Program-made: the position numbers and the translations under genes | Part shown: positions 1 through 10,208 of the stretch, piece by piece | Layout of the letters: each line of letters opens with the position of its first letter | Numbering within the stretch: position 1 is the first letter of the stretch | The notes under the pieces: model-generated | What the model saw: only the letters and a program-made list of their open reading frames with translations | The model's database searches: none | Told to the model about the DNA's origin: nothing | NCBI GenBank assembly: GCA_050253415.1 | Contig: JBFWJC010000003.1 | Location: 96,001 to 160,000 of the forward strand | DNA length: 64,000 bases | Reading direction: 5' to 3' | Source of the DNA: Pedobacter sp. | GTDB lineage: Bacteria; Desulfobacterota; Desulfuromonadia; Desulfuromonadales; Syntrophotaleaceae

Positions 1-34
1 TTTCTCAACCATCAGACCAAGGAGACGAGGAAAA

Positions 35-535
35 ATGGCAGAAACCATCAAGGCTGGAGATACTATCAGCGTAAATTACACCGGGCGTTTTGAAGACGGC
101 CAGGTTTTCGATTCTTCCGAAGGGCGTGAACCTCTCAAATTCACTGTAGGCGCCGGTCAGCTCATCAAAGGCTTCGACGATGCCGTCACCGGTCTTAAAC
201 TCGGTGAGAAAACCACCGTCACCATCGCTCCTGCGGACGGTTATGGCGAGCACCGTGAAGACCTGATCGTCGACATTCCCAAGGCCAATGTGCCTGAGGA
301 TATGAATGTCGAAATCGGCAAACGTTTTAACCTGCGTGATCAGAGCGGTCGCCCGGTACCTGCCGTGGTTATTGAAATCACGGAAGAAGCCGTACGCCTC
401 GATGCCAACCATGTCATGGCTGGTAAAACCCTGGTTTTCGACATCGAAGTCGTTGAAACCGGACTGCAAGCCGACGCTCCTGAATCCCATTGCGGCGATG
501 GCAGCAACGGGTGCCAAGGATGTGGCCAGCATTAA
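35..535 (+). CDS. slyD: FKBP-type peptidyl-prolyl cis-trans isomerase (SlyD-like) with short Cys/His tail
   Basis: YTGRFEDGQVFDSS, PLKFTVGAGQLIKGFD, DANHVMAGKTLVF motifs; tail HCGDGSNGCQGCGQH; AGGA RBS. Confidence 0.85.
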   Translation: MAETIKAGDTISVNYTGRFEDGQVFDSSEGREPLKFTVGAGQLIKGFDDAVTGLKLGEKTTVTIAPADGYGEHREDLIVDIPKANVPEDMNVEIGKRFNLRDQSGRPVPAVVIEITEEAVRLDANHVMAGKTLVFDIEVVETGLQADAPESHCGDGSNGCQGCGQH

Positions 536-561
536 TCGGCGCCATATATATCAGGTAATCA

Positions 562-592
562 GGGCCAGGTTTTTCCTGGCCCTTTTTTTATT
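562..592 (+). terminator. Rho-independent terminator
   Basis: GGGCCAGG-loop-CCTGGCCC followed by T run. Confidence 0.7.
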
Positions 593-775
593 CTGCAAGT
601 TTGTGCCAGCAGGTAAGTGGTCACAGTTTTTGCGAACTATTTTACTTCAGCCGTTCATTAAAAGTTAAAGCTTTTTGTATACGGGATATATGTGATATGT
701 AGTCATTATTGTTTGGATGAACTTCTGTCAGTATTCCAGTATGTTATACATTGCTCATGTGTTGAGGCACAGGTT

Positions 776-3751
776 ATGGTTGGTTTCCATTCCTTGAGAA
801 TCCCCAAAGGTTTACGTTTTCTTGGTATAACGGGGTGGCTGGTCGCCGTCACCCTGCTTTGGGCATCCAACTCTGTGGTCGTCGCCTCGGAATCCCCCGC
901 CAAAAAAATTCTGTATCTGAATTCCTATCATCAGGGCTACCGGTGGAGCGATGACATATCACGCGCCATCAAGCAGGTGTTTCAATCCGAGAAGGATAAA
1001 TCCCGCCTCTTCATAGAATATCTGGACACCAAACGCCGCCAGCCCGGCAACATGGCTGCCCAAGCCCGTCAATACCTGCACGCGAAATATCCGCAGGATT
1101 TTTTCGATCTGATTCTGTGTTCCGATGATGCTGCATTCAATTTTCTGCTGGATTCACGCAACGCGTTGTTCGGTTCGACGCCGGTCGTTTTTTGCGGGGT
1201 CAACTATCTCGACAGGGGGCTGTTAAAAGGTCAGCAGGGTATGGTCGGTATCAGTGAAGAAGCGGAAATCACCGATACCCTCGATCTGGCTTTAAGTCTG
1301 CATCCCGATACCAGACAGATATTTGTTGTCAGCGACCGGACTCAGACCGGTCTTAAAATTCTGAAAAAAATTGAAGAATTGCAGCCTCTTTACAGGCATA
1401 AGGTGTCCTTTGATATCTTGCCGGATACCTCCGCACTGGATCTTGCTATCCGGCTGCGTCAAATTCCATCGCAAAGTCTGGTGCTCTTTTGCCTTTTCAG
1501 TAGGGATGCGGCCGGGCAGTTTTATGAATACGACGAAGTGCTTCCCACGCTGGTTGAAAATTGCCCCGCCCCCATCTACGGTGTTTGGGATTTCAATCTC
1601 GGCCAGGGGATGGTGGGCGGCAAATTACTCACCGGCTATATGCAGGGGCAACAGGTGGCGCATATGGGGCTTAAAATCCTTCATGGTGTGTCTCCCGATT
1701 CGTTGCCTGCGGTAACGGTCACCAAGGGGCAGTATGCTTTCGACATGCGGCAACTCGAGCGGTTCGGCATCGATGTGGACCGTTTGCCGTCCCCCAGTAC
1801 TATTATCAATCAGGAACATCCTCTGTCGATTCGCTATCGCCTTATCCTTTTTGAAAGTCTTTCGGCCATTCTGGTACTGCTAGGGGTGATTTTTCTGTTG
1901 TTGCGCATAATACAACATCGCAAACGCCTGCAGGCGAGACTGGAAGATGCCACGACCCAACTGGAGAAGGAGGTCCGGGCTCGCACAGAACATCTTTCCG
2001 GTGCCAATCGGCAACTGCGTATGGAAATCCTGCAGCGCAACCAGTCGGCGCGTGCCCTCAAAGAGTCCGAACAGGAAAAGACTCTTATTCTCAACAGCTC
2101 ATCCGACTTGATAACGTATCTGGATACCGAGTTCCGTATCCGCTGGGCCAATCGCAAATCTCATGAGCTGGCCGGTCTGCATCCCGGAGATGTCCAGGGG
2201 CAATACTGCTACGAGGTCTGGCATGGCCTCGATGCTCCATGCATAGGGTGCCCGGTGGTCCGCGCGGGAAAATCCGGTCTGCCGCAACATGGCGAAGTTG
2301 TTACGCCGGATGGTAAGATCTGGCTGGTACGGGCATTTCCTTTTCATGACGCACAGGGGCGGGTGACCGGGTTTGCCAGCTTCAGCCTGGACGTCACCGA
2401 ACAGAAACAGGCCCAGCGTGCCATTCATCGCATGGCGTATTATGACCACCTGACCGGGTTACCCAACCGGGCGCTGTTTCAGAAGGAACTCGATCGGCGT
2501 CTGGAGGATGCGGTCGGCAGGGATCACGGCTTGGCTTTGATGTTCCTCGATCTGGACCATTTCAAAGGCGTTAACGATTCGCTGGGGCACGCCAAGGGCG
2601 ATCTTCTGCTACAGCGCATAGCCGAACGTTTGCAGGATTGCCTGGGTAAGGAGGATACCCTGGCGCGATTGAACGGAGATGAATTCATTTTTCTGCTTAC
2701 GGAGGTTGACGATCCGGAAGCTGTCATGGCCGTCGCTGGCCATGTGCAACGCATCATGGCCCAGCCCTTCGATCTCGACGGGGATGAAATCTATGTCGGT
2801 ACCAGTATCGGCATCGCCTGCTACCCGCTGCATGGCGTCGATGCCTCGAATTTGATCAAACGAGCCGATCGCGCCCTGTACGCGGCCAAGGAACGTGGAC
2901 GCAACGCCATCGAACTGTTTTCCGAACAGATCAACGCACGTTTTCATCGCCGTCATCAGCTGGAATCACGCCTGCAGCGTGCCCTGATGAAAGATGAGTT
3001 TTTCCTCGAATATCAGCCTCAGGTTGATTTGCGCAGCGGTCAGGTTATCGGGGTTGAGGCGTTGCTGCGCTGGAAAAATCGGGACCTTGGGTTGATCATG
3101 CCCGATGACTTTATCTCCCTGGCTGAAGAAACCGGATTGATCCGTCCTATCGGCGAGTGGGTGTTGCGCACGGCGTGCCGCGAATACCTGTCCTGGGGAA
3201 ATATCAGTTCCGTACCGGTGCGGCTGTCCGTAAATATATCCGGACAACAGATTAAGCACCCGGACTTTATCCCGATGATCGATGACGTATTGAGGACCAC
3301 CGGCTTTGATGCGCATATGCTGGAACTCGAGATTACCGAAAGTGTCGCCATGGAGGATGTTGAAACCAATATTCGTACTTTCCGCGAGCTGAAGCGCCGG
3401 CGAGTGCAATTGGCCATCGACGATTTCGGTACGGGATATTCATCGTTGAGCTATCTGCGACACTTCCCCATCGATCGCCTTAAAATAGATCGTAAATTCA
3501 TCCGGGATGTTGATGAATGTCCCGACAGCGCCTCGCTGGTCGAAGCGATTATCGGCATGGCGCGTAGCCTGTATCTTGAAATCATCGCCGAAGGCGTGGA
3601 AACCAGCGCACAAGTCGAGTATTTATGGAGGCACGGGTGTCTTCAAGCGCAGGGCTTTTACTTCGGTCGGCCGATGTCGCCGGAATCCCTGATGGAGCTT
3701 TTGCAAAAGCAGGACTTCTCCGATATGGTTGTATCCCTTCCGGTTGTTTGA
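776..3751 (+). CDS. Membrane sensor: periplasmic substrate-binding-like domain, PAS, GGDEF (NGDEF variant), EAL
   Basis: LNSYHQGYRW N-terminal domain, TM segment, DHLTGLPNR, LDLDHFK, NGDEF, VEALLRW, DDFGTGYSS; start uncertain (ORF track 692). Confidence 0.9.
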   Translation: MVGFHSLRIPKGLRFLGITGWLVAVTLLWASNSVVVASESPAKKILYLNSYHQGYRWSDDISRAIKQVFQSEKDKSRLFIEYLDTKRRQPGNMAAQARQYLHAKYPQDFFDLILCSDDAAFNFLLDSRNALFGSTPVVFCGVNYLDRGLLKGQQGMVGISEEAEITDTLDLALSLHPDTRQIFVVSDRTQTGLKILKKIEELQPLYRHKVSFDILPDTSALDLAIRLRQIPSQSLVLFCLFSRDAAGQFYEYDEVLPTLVENCPAPIYGVWDFNLGQGMVGGKLLTGYMQGQQVAHMGLKILHGVSPDSLPAVTVTKGQYAFDMRQLERFGIDVDRLPSPSTIINQEHPLSIRYRLILFESLSAILVLLGVIFLLLRIIQHRKRLQARLEDATTQLEKEVRARTEHLSGANRQLRMEILQRNQSARALKESEQEKTLILNSSSDLITYLDTEFRIRWANRKSHELAGLHPGDVQGQYCYEVWHGLDAPCIGCPVVRAGKSGLPQHGEVVTPDGKIWLVRAFPFHDAQGRVTGFASFSLDVTEQKQAQRAIHRMAYYDHLTGLPNRALFQKELDRRLEDAVGRDHGLALMFLDLDHFKGVNDSLGHAKGDLLLQRIAERLQDCLGKEDTLARLNGDEFIFLLTEVDDPEAVMAVAGHVQRIMAQPFDLDGDEIYVGTSIGIACYPLHGVDASNLIKRADRALYAAKERGRNAIELFSEQINARFHRRHQLESRLQRALMKDEFFLEYQPQVDLRSGQVIGVEALLRWKNRDLGLIMPDDFISLAEETGLIRPIGEWVLRTACREYLSWGNISSVPVRLSVNISGQQIKHPDFIPMIDDVLRTTGFDAHMLELEITESVAMEDVETNIRTFRELKRRRVQLAIDDFGTGYSSLSYLRHFPIDRLKIDRKFIRDVDECPDSASLVEAIIGMARSLYLEIIAEGVETSAQVEYLWRHGCLQAQGFYFGRPMSPESLMELLQKQDFSDMVVSLPVV

Positions 3752-4013
3752 GACCGTCTCTTCCTGTTCCAAAGCCGCATGTTCTTTTGGTCCGGCCAAC
3801 AGTAGGGCAGACCTTGGCAACATGGTCCTCCATCGCTATTCCTGTCATTGATCTGCTATAATGATGCCTCGTACGATTCATTTTATCGTCGCTTTACAGC
3901 CGGTTCAGTATTACCGACAGGCTGGTCCACGAAGAATATTTTGGGTCTTGCCTGCCAGGTGAAACGCTGCGACATCCCCGTTTTCGTTTTTTAACTCTCT
4001 AAGGAGATTTCTC

Positions 4014-4562
4014 ATGGCAAAAGATGGTAAGGCGCGTATCGGCATCCTGACAGTCTCCGATCGTGCCAGCAGCGGTGTCTATGAAGACCGTGGCGGCCCG
4101 GCTATCCGTAGCTATTTGGAAGACGTTCTGACTTCGCCCTGGGAAGGCGTCAGTCGCATGGTGCCTGACGAACAGGCCACTATCGAAGATGCCCTGATGG
4201 ATCTGTGCGATCATGCGGCCTGTTGTCTGGTCATTACCACCGGGGGCACCGGTCCGGCTCTGCGCGATGTCACACCCGAAGCGACCGAAGCGGTATGCAA
4301 CAAGATGATGCCCGGTTTCGGGGAACTGATGCGGCAGGTGTCGCTGACCCATGTGCCGACCGCCATCCTTTCGCGGCAGACGGCCGGCATTCGCGGCGGC
4401 AGCCTGATCATCAATTTGCCCGGTCAGCCCAAGGCTATTGCCGAATGCCTCGATGCCGTTTTTGCAGCCGTGCCGTTGTGCGTCGATCTTATTGGCGGAC
4501 CGTATCTCACCACCGACGAACGGCGTATTGTTGCGTTTCGACCCGGTCAAAAACCAGCCTGA
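4014..4562 (+). CDS. mog: Molybdopterin adenylyltransferase
   Basis: LTVSDRAS, TTGGTGPALRDVTPEAT, SRQTAGIRG, NLPGQPK motifs. Confidence 0.92.
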   Translation: MAKDGKARIGILTVSDRASSGVYEDRGGPAIRSYLEDVLTSPWEGVSRMVPDEQATIEDALMDLCDHAACCLVITTGGTGPALRDVTPEATEAVCNKMMPGFGELMRQVSLTHVPTAILSRQTAGIRGGSLIINLPGQPKAIAECLDAVFAAVPLCVDLIGGPYLTTDERRIVAFRPGQKPA

Positions 4563-4639
4563 TGTCGCTGATGCATGAATTTGAATTAAATGCTGTGCAA
4601 TTCCCTGAGTTGTGGGGGGATGGTGGCTCCGCGTTTTGT

Positions 4640-4932
4640 GTACTTATGCTGCTTTTGCCGTGGCTTCAGGCTTTGGCGAAAACCCTTTGTTGTTGCTGGT
4701 ACCCGCTGCCCTGGCCGCATCCTGTGCCTTCATGCTGCCCGTCGCCACGCCACCCAACGCCATCGTGTTCGGGTCCGGTCGTGTTACCATGATGCAGATG
4801 ATCACGAGCGGTTTCGCGCTTAATCTCATCGGCATTGTGCTGATTACCTTGCTGACCTATAGTCTGGTGGTACCGTTGTTTGATATTGTGTACGGTCAGG
4901 TACCCCTCTGGACAGGTTGCGCAGGCGGATAG
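4640..4932 (+). pseudogene. C-terminal fragment of a DASS/SLC13 sodium:dicarboxylate/sulfate symporter
   Basis: AASCAFMLPVATPPNAIVFGSG signature, but only about 100 codons and no N-terminal part between mog and this fragment. Confidence 0.8.
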
Positions 4933-5010
4933 GCTTGCCTGCAAGGGTGGCAACGTGTATGCTGCCCGTTTTCCGTTGCCTTCTCTTTGCATCATTGAAA
5001 GCTTAATTAT

Positions 5011-7152
5011 ATGAATACCCCCATTCGTTTTTTCGCCACCGCGCCCAAGGGTGTGGAACCGCTCCTCGCAGAGGAATTGCGCCAGCTCGGTGCTCTTGAA
5101 ATCGCCGAGACCCGCGCCGGAGTCGCTTTCCAGGGTACGCTGCAGACCGCTTACCGTGTGTGTCTGTGGTCGCGGCTGGCGAGCCGTATCCTGATGCCTC
5201 TGGCAGAGTTCAGTGCCACTGATCCCGATCATCTTTACGCGGCGGTCGCGGCTATGCCATGGGAGGAACACATGACCCCCGGCGGCACCCTGGTGGTCGA
5301 TGCCCAGGTGCGTCGTTCGGTGATCACCCATTCCCGGTTTGCCGCCCTGCGGATCAAAGACGCCGTGGTTGACCGCTTCCGCGAGCGTTTCGACCAACGG
5401 CCCTCCATCGACCTGGAACGCCCCGACATTCGCCTCAACCTGCATATGGATCGCGATCAGGCGACCCTGAGCCTCGACCTGTCCGGCGACAGCCTGCATC
5501 GGCGCGGTTATCGGGCCGAAGGGGTGCTGGCACCGCTCAAGGAAAATCTTGCCGCCGCCATTTTGCTGCGCGCCGGGTGGCCGGACGTGGCGGCAGGTGG
5601 CGGGGCGCTGGTCGATCCCATGTGCGGCTCGGGCACCCTGGTCATCGAGGCGGCGCTGATGGCCGCCGACTGTGCACCCGGCCTGACCCGGCCCTACTGG
5701 GGATTGACCGGCTGGCTGAAGCATGAGCCCGCGGTGTGGGAGGAACTGATGGATGAGGCCCGGCAACGCCGCGAGGCAGGGCTGTCGAAGCTGCCGGTCA
5801 TGATCGGTTATGACCGTGACCGCAAGGCTATCCGCGCCGCCACCGAGAATGCCCGCATAGCCGGCCTCGAGCAGTACCTGCGCTTCGAGCTGCGGGAGCT
5901 GGATGATTTGACGGAGGTGCCGGGTACCTCCGAAACGCGCGGCCTGCTGGTGACCAACCCCCCTTACGGCGAACGCCTCGGTGAGGTTGCGGAACTGCGT
6001 TTCTTATACGAGACGCTGGGGGAAAAGCTGCGCGCCCATTTCGGCGGCTGGCAAGCCACGGTATTTACCGGCAACCCCGATCTGGCCAAAAATCTCGGCA
6101 TCCGCGCGCACAAGCTGTACAAACTCTATAACGGCGCCCTGGAGTGCCGCCTGCTCAATTTCGACATCGCCGCCGATCGGTTTTTCGGCGCCAATGCCCC
6201 CCAGGCACCGCTGAGCGAAGGGGCGCAGATGTTCGCCAACCGGCTGCGCAAAAACATGAAGCAGCTGCGGCGCTGGCTTAAAAAAGAAAATGTCACCTGT
6301 TACCGTCTTTACGATGCCGACATGCCCGAATACTCGGTGGCTGTCGATATTTACGAAGATCGCGTGCATGTGCAGGAATACCAGGCACCGCCCTCCATCG
6401 ACAGCCGTCAGGCCGAACGCCGCCTGCACGAGGTGATGCGGGTGCTGCCCGAGGTGCTGGAAGTCGAACCCGATGCCATCACCCTCAAGGTGCGCCGCAA
6501 GCAAAAAGGCTCCAGCCAATACCAGAAATTCGACCGTACCGGCGAACGTTTCGAGGTGCGCGAAGGCAACTGCTGGTTCCTGGTCAACCTTACCGACTAT
6601 CTCGATACCGGCCTGTTCCTCGATCATCGCCCGACCCGTTTTATGTTGCAGGCCATGGCCGAGGGTAAAAGCTTCCTCAACCTGTTCGCTTACACCGGCG
6701 CAGCTACCGTGCATGCCGTCAAAGGCGGCGCCGCCACCAGCGTCACCGTCGATATGTCGCGCACCTACCTCGACTGGGCGCAGGACAACCTGCGACTCAA
6801 TCAACTGTCCGGACCGCAGCATCGCTTCGTTTGCGCCGACGTGCTGCAGTACCTCGAGCGGGAGCAGTCCCACTATGATCTGATCTTCCTCGATCCGCCG
6901 ACCTTCTCCACCTCCAAGTCGATGGAAACGACTCTCGATATCCAGCGCGATCATGTGCAGCTGATTCGTCTCGCCGCCGACCTGCTGACCCCGGGCGGGG
7001 TGTTGATCTTCTCCAACAACTTCCGTAAGTTCCGCATGGATTTTGAAGCCCTGCCGGAGTTGGAGATCGAAGACATCACCGCCGCCACCATACCGCACGA
7101 TTTTGCGCGCAACCCGAAGATTCACAACTGCTGGCGGATTATCAGGCGGTAG
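5011..7152 (+). CDS. rlmKL: Bifunctional 23S rRNA methyltransferase RlmKL
   Basis: THUMP region, APLKENLAAA, DPMCGSGT, NPPYGER, DTGLFLDHR, LNLFAYTG, DPPTFS; 713 aa. Confidence 0.95.
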   Translation: MNTPIRFFATAPKGVEPLLAEELRQLGALEIAETRAGVAFQGTLQTAYRVCLWSRLASRILMPLAEFSATDPDHLYAAVAAMPWEEHMTPGGTLVVDAQVRRSVITHSRFAALRIKDAVVDRFRERFDQRPSIDLERPDIRLNLHMDRDQATLSLDLSGDSLHRRGYRAEGVLAPLKENLAAAILLRAGWPDVAAGGGALVDPMCGSGTLVIEAALMAADCAPGLTRPYWGLTGWLKHEPAVWEELMDEARQRREAGLSKLPVMIGYDRDRKAIRAATENARIAGLEQYLRFELRELDDLTEVPGTSETRGLLVTNPPYGERLGEVAELRFLYETLGEKLRAHFGGWQATVFTGNPDLAKNLGIRAHKLYKLYNGALECRLLNFDIAADRFFGANAPQAPLSEGAQMFANRLRKNMKQLRRWLKKENVTCYRLYDADMPEYSVAVDIYEDRVHVQEYQAPPSIDSRQAERRLHEVMRVLPEVLEVEPDAITLKVRRKQKGSSQYQKFDRTGERFEVREGNCWFLVNLTDYLDTGLFLDHRPTRFMLQAMAEGKSFLNLFAYTGAATVHAVKGGAATSVTVDMSRTYLDWAQDNLRLNQLSGPQHRFVCADVLQYLEREQSHYDLIFLDPPTFSTSKSMETTLDIQRDHVQLIRLAADLLTPGGVLIFSNNFRKFRMDFEALPELEIEDITAATIPHDFARNPKIHNCWRIIRR

Positions 7153-7189
7153 GGAAGGGTGGACATCGGGGTAAAAGAATACAATCATA

Positions 7190-7307
7190 CTCGCGCTCGT
7201 TCGCTTCGCTCACTCAAGCCACAAAGAACACAAAGGACACAAAGGACACCAAAACAGATTTCCTCTGTGACTTGGAGTCTTGAGCGACTGAAAGGAGCGG
7301 GTGCGAG
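7190..7307. repeat. Intergenic palindromic REP-like element with internal 9-mer tandem (ACAAAGGAC-like x3)
   Basis: CTCGCGCTCG...CTCAAG at the left pairs imperfectly with CTTGAG...CGGGTGCGAG at the right; acaaagaac-acaaaggac-acaaaggac inside. Confidence 0.65.
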
Positions 7308-8374
7308 ATGGGTTTCTAAATTTTAGCCTTGGTTGTTTAAGGCGAAAGGGGAGGGATTTGAAGCGCATTCTCTGTTGCATGCTTTTAGGTCTGTCCATCC
7401 TGCTGACAGCTTGCGGTGATCGTTATATCGATGACCGTGCCGGGCTGATGAGCGCCGATGAGCAGGGGCGTTTGCGGATCTTTCAGGAAAAATTGCTGCA
7501 GGAACTCGACATCGAGCTTCAGGTGGTGGTGCTCGATGCCAGCCCCGGTGATCTCGACACGACGGCGGTGGAGTTGTTCGATGAGCGCGGCATAGGTAAG
7601 CGAACCAGGGGTGCGCGCGGGGTATTGCTGCTCGTCGATCCGGTCGGGCGACAGGTGCGCATGGAGATCGGCTACGACCTGGAAGGCATTTTCCCCGACG
7701 CTTTTGTCGGTTATATCGAGCAGCGCCAGATGGCGCCCTTTTTCGCCGCCGGGCGGGTCGCTGCCGGTATCGAGGCGACTGTCGAACTGGTAGTTGGCAA
7801 GGCCCTCGGGGCCATCGACGAAGGCAGTTATGCTCCTGACGAGACAGCGGGCGGTCTGGCCCATCTCTCCGGAGGGGCAGGGGCCCGCAGCGCCGTTGGC
7901 ATCGGTGACGGTGCGCCGGCAAAACCGACGCTGGATGATGCCTCCCAGTTCGGTGCCCAGCCATCCCCGCAGCAGACCCTGGCTGTTTACCTGGAAGTGC
8001 TACGCGGGCACATCAAAGATCCAAATCTGGAACTTTATTCCCCTGATACCCGTGATTTTTTCAGCAAATGGCTGGTGACCGACGCGCAGCAGGACAACGA
8101 GCGGCGCAGTCTGGAGGCCCATATCGGGCAGGGGCAGGTCTTGCAACGTGACGGGCGGGCGGTGATCCGCTTTCCGGTTAGCGAGCGCGGCTCGGCACCG
8201 TATTTCCTGGTGCGGGGGGAGGAGGGCTGGATGCTCGATTTCGCCTCTATGTGCAAGCTGGTCGGTTTCAACCACCGCAACCAGTGGCATCTGCGCAGCC
8301 TCGACCATCCCTTTATGTTTGCGTTTGAAGACTGGCAGTTTGATCAGAACGGCTTCCCGCACTCTGAGCAGTAA
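7301..8374 (+). CDS. TPM-domain lipoprotein
   Basis: Lipobox LLTAC, YIDDRAGLMS, GVLLLV..RQVRMEIGYDLEG; true start probably TTG 7358 or ATG 7379. Confidence 0.8.
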   Translation: MRDGFLNFSLGCLRRKGRDLKRILCCMLLGLSILLTACGDRYIDDRAGLMSADEQGRLRIFQEKLLQELDIELQVVVLDASPGDLDTTAVELFDERGIGKRTRGARGVLLLVDPVGRQVRMEIGYDLEGIFPDAFVGYIEQRQMAPFFAAGRVAAGIEATVELVVGKALGAIDEGSYAPDETAGGLAHLSGGAGARSAVGIGDGAPAKPTLDDASQFGAQPSPQQTLAVYLEVLRGHIKDPNLELYSPDTRDFFSKWLVTDAQQDNERRSLEAHIGQGQVLQRDGRAVIRFPVSERGSAPYFLVRGEEGWMLDFASMCKLVGFNHRNQWHLRSLDHPFMFAFEDWQFDQNGFPHSEQ

Positions 8375-8419
8375 TCCTGCTGTTGAACTTTGGTGTGGAC
8401 AACCAAGCCAAGATCATTC

Positions 8420-8511
8420 TCGCACAAAGCCACAAAGACACTAAGGAAAAGCCATAAATCCTAAGAATGTAATGGTTTAGGTCTTCTTCGTGACTCCGTG
8501 GCTTCGTGCGA
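8420..8511. repeat. Second imperfect palindromic REP-like element
   Basis: TCGCACAAAGCCACAAAGACAC ... GTGACTCCGTGGCTTCGTGCGA inverted arms; shares AAGCCACAAAG with the 7190 element. Confidence 0.6.
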
Positions 8512-8553
8512 AAAATAAGAAGTCGTTTTTGTCGTTTCTTTATTCCAGTTTTT

Positions 8554-8593
8554 CTTTGCGCCTTTGCGCCTTTGCGCCTTTGCGTCTTTGTGT
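8554..8593. repeat. Octamer tandem repeat CTTTGCGC x3 plus 2 variants
   Basis: ctttgcgc ctttgcgc ctttgcgc ctttgcgt ctttgtgt. Confidence 0.9.
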
Positions 8594-8637
8594 GAGCAAA
8601 GAATTACCTCGGTTATGGCTTAGAATTCACGTAAATC

Positions 8638-9204
8638 CTACATCCCCAGCGTATGCTCCCAGAGGATCTTGAGTCCGATACCGATCAGGATCAATCCCCC
8701 GGCGATCTCTACTCGCTGCCCCCAGCGCGAACCGACGCGGCGTCCGAGCAGCATGCCGATGATCGTCATGATCCCTGCAATCAGGCCGATGATCAACGCC
8801 GGGAACCACACCGAAATACCGACAATCGCCAATGACAGGCCCACTGCCAGCGCATCGATGCTGGTCGCGATGGACAGCATCACCAGCGACATGCCGCGCG
8901 TCGGGTCATCCCGCGATTCGCGGCTTTCCTCATCCTGGAACGCCTCATGGATCATCTTACCGCCGACAAACGCCAGCAATCCGAAAGCCACCCAGTGATC
9001 GTAGGTTTCAATCCAGCGCTGTACGGTCAGACCGGCCAGCCAGCCGATAATAGGCATCAACGCCTGAAACAGGCCGAAGTGCCAACCGAGCCGAAACAGG
9101 TGGCGTCCGGTGAGGCGTTCAAGGGTCAACCCGCAGCCAAGAGCCACGGCAAAGGCATCCATGGCCAAAGCGAGGGCCAGACCGAAAAGGGTAATCATAT
9201 CCAT
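8638..9204 (-). CDS. mntP: Manganese efflux pump MntP family
   Basis: ALAMDAFAV, FGLFQALMP, ATSIDALAVG; hydrophobic 188 aa. Confidence 0.9.
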   Translation of the reverse strand: MDMITLFGLALALAMDAFAVALGCGLTLERLTGRHLFRLGWHFGLFQALMPIIGWLAGLTVQRWIETYDHWVAFGLLAFVGGKMIHEAFQDEESRESRDDPTRGMSLVMLSIATSIDALAVGLSLAIVGISVWFPALIIGLIAGIMTIIGMLLGRRVGSRWGQRVEIAGGLILIGIGLKILWEHTLGM

Positions 9205-9388
9205 AAAAAATATCCTCTAGTGTACGGCATGTTTGTGGTGACACGGGCGGTTTAGCAGTCTTCGCGAAAGATGTCAACCTGCATGGCAGTGCCAATATAA
9301 TGGGGCTTGTACTGCAACGCACTCCGTTATAACATTGGCCAGACTTTACCGGGTGGTTCCGGAATTAAATATTTGGAGAGGACATATC

Positions 9389-10171
9389 ATGAAATCGCTG
9401 CTTATTTTTATTGTTATGTTGTTTTGTGCTTCACCCTGTTGGGCCTTCCCCAAAGAAAGCTGCGGTGAGCAGCGCTGCATCGACTGTCATACTCTGACAA
9501 AGGAAGAAGCCAAATACCTGCTTGGCAAACAAGCCGACCAGGTGCTGAATATAGAGCCTTCCGAGGTGCAGGCCATGTGGGTGGTCGAGGTTGAAAAACA
9601 GGGTAAGCGTTTCCCTGTTTATGTCGATTTTACCAAGAGCTTCGTCATGCGTGGTGAGATCCTGCGCCTCAAGGACGGTGAGAATATCACCACCCAGCGC
9701 ATCGCCAGTCTCAATCGGGTCGATGTCGCCGCGATCCCTGTTGCCGACGCCCTGATCCTCGGCGATCCCAAAGCACCTAAAAAGGTTATCGTCTTTACCG
9801 ACCCGCAATGCAGTTATTGCAAAAAACTTCACGCCGAAATGAAAAAAGTGGTGAGGCTGGATCCGAGCATTGCCTTCTACATCAAGATGATGCCCCTCAA
9901 TATCCATCCCGAAGCCTACATGATCGCCAAGAGCATCGTCTGCAACCGTTCCCTGACCATGCTGGAAGAAAGCTTCGCTGATCGTCCCGTTCCGCCGCCG
10001 TTGTGCCGCGGTGAAGCCGTCGACCAGAATATCGCCCTGGCTCGCAAACTAGGATTTAATTCCACACCGACCCTGGTGATGCCCGACGGCCGGCCTTTCT
10101 CCGGCTTTCGCGATGCTGCGACGCTGCTCAAGATGCTCGATTCCAAGGTTAATATGTCTGATAAGGAGTAA
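9389..10171 (+). CDS. dsbC: DsbC-family thiol:disulfide interchange protein with N-terminal CxxCH
   Basis: Signal peptide, CIDCH, VFTDPQCSYC active site, NSTPT cis-Pro loop; GAGGA RBS. Confidence 0.85.
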   Translation: MKSLLIFIVMLFCASPCWAFPKESCGEQRCIDCHTLTKEEAKYLLGKQADQVLNIEPSEVQAMWVVEVEKQGKRFPVYVDFTKSFVMRGEILRLKDGENITTQRIASLNRVDVAAIPVADALILGDPKAPKKVIVFTDPQCSYCKKLHAEMKKVVRLDPSIAFYIKMMPLNIHPEAYMIAKSIVCNRSLTMLEESFADRPVPPPLCRGEAVDQNIALARKLGFNSTPTLVMPDGRPFSGFRDAATLLKMLDSKVNMSDKE

Positions 10172-10208
10172 GTCGGCAAGTAACGCCTGACCTTTTTATA
10201 GTTGATTG

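Noticed and set aside
4666..7188. Long minus-strand ORFs opposite rlmKL (and similar shadows elsewhere)
   Set aside because: Antisense frames of GC-rich genes with no recognisable motifs.
9205..9330. yybP-ykoY Mn riboswitch or sigma-54 promoter upstream of mntP
   Set aside because: No yybP core recognised. The TGGCAC..TGC spacing is one base short, and a TTGACA box leaves little room for a leader.
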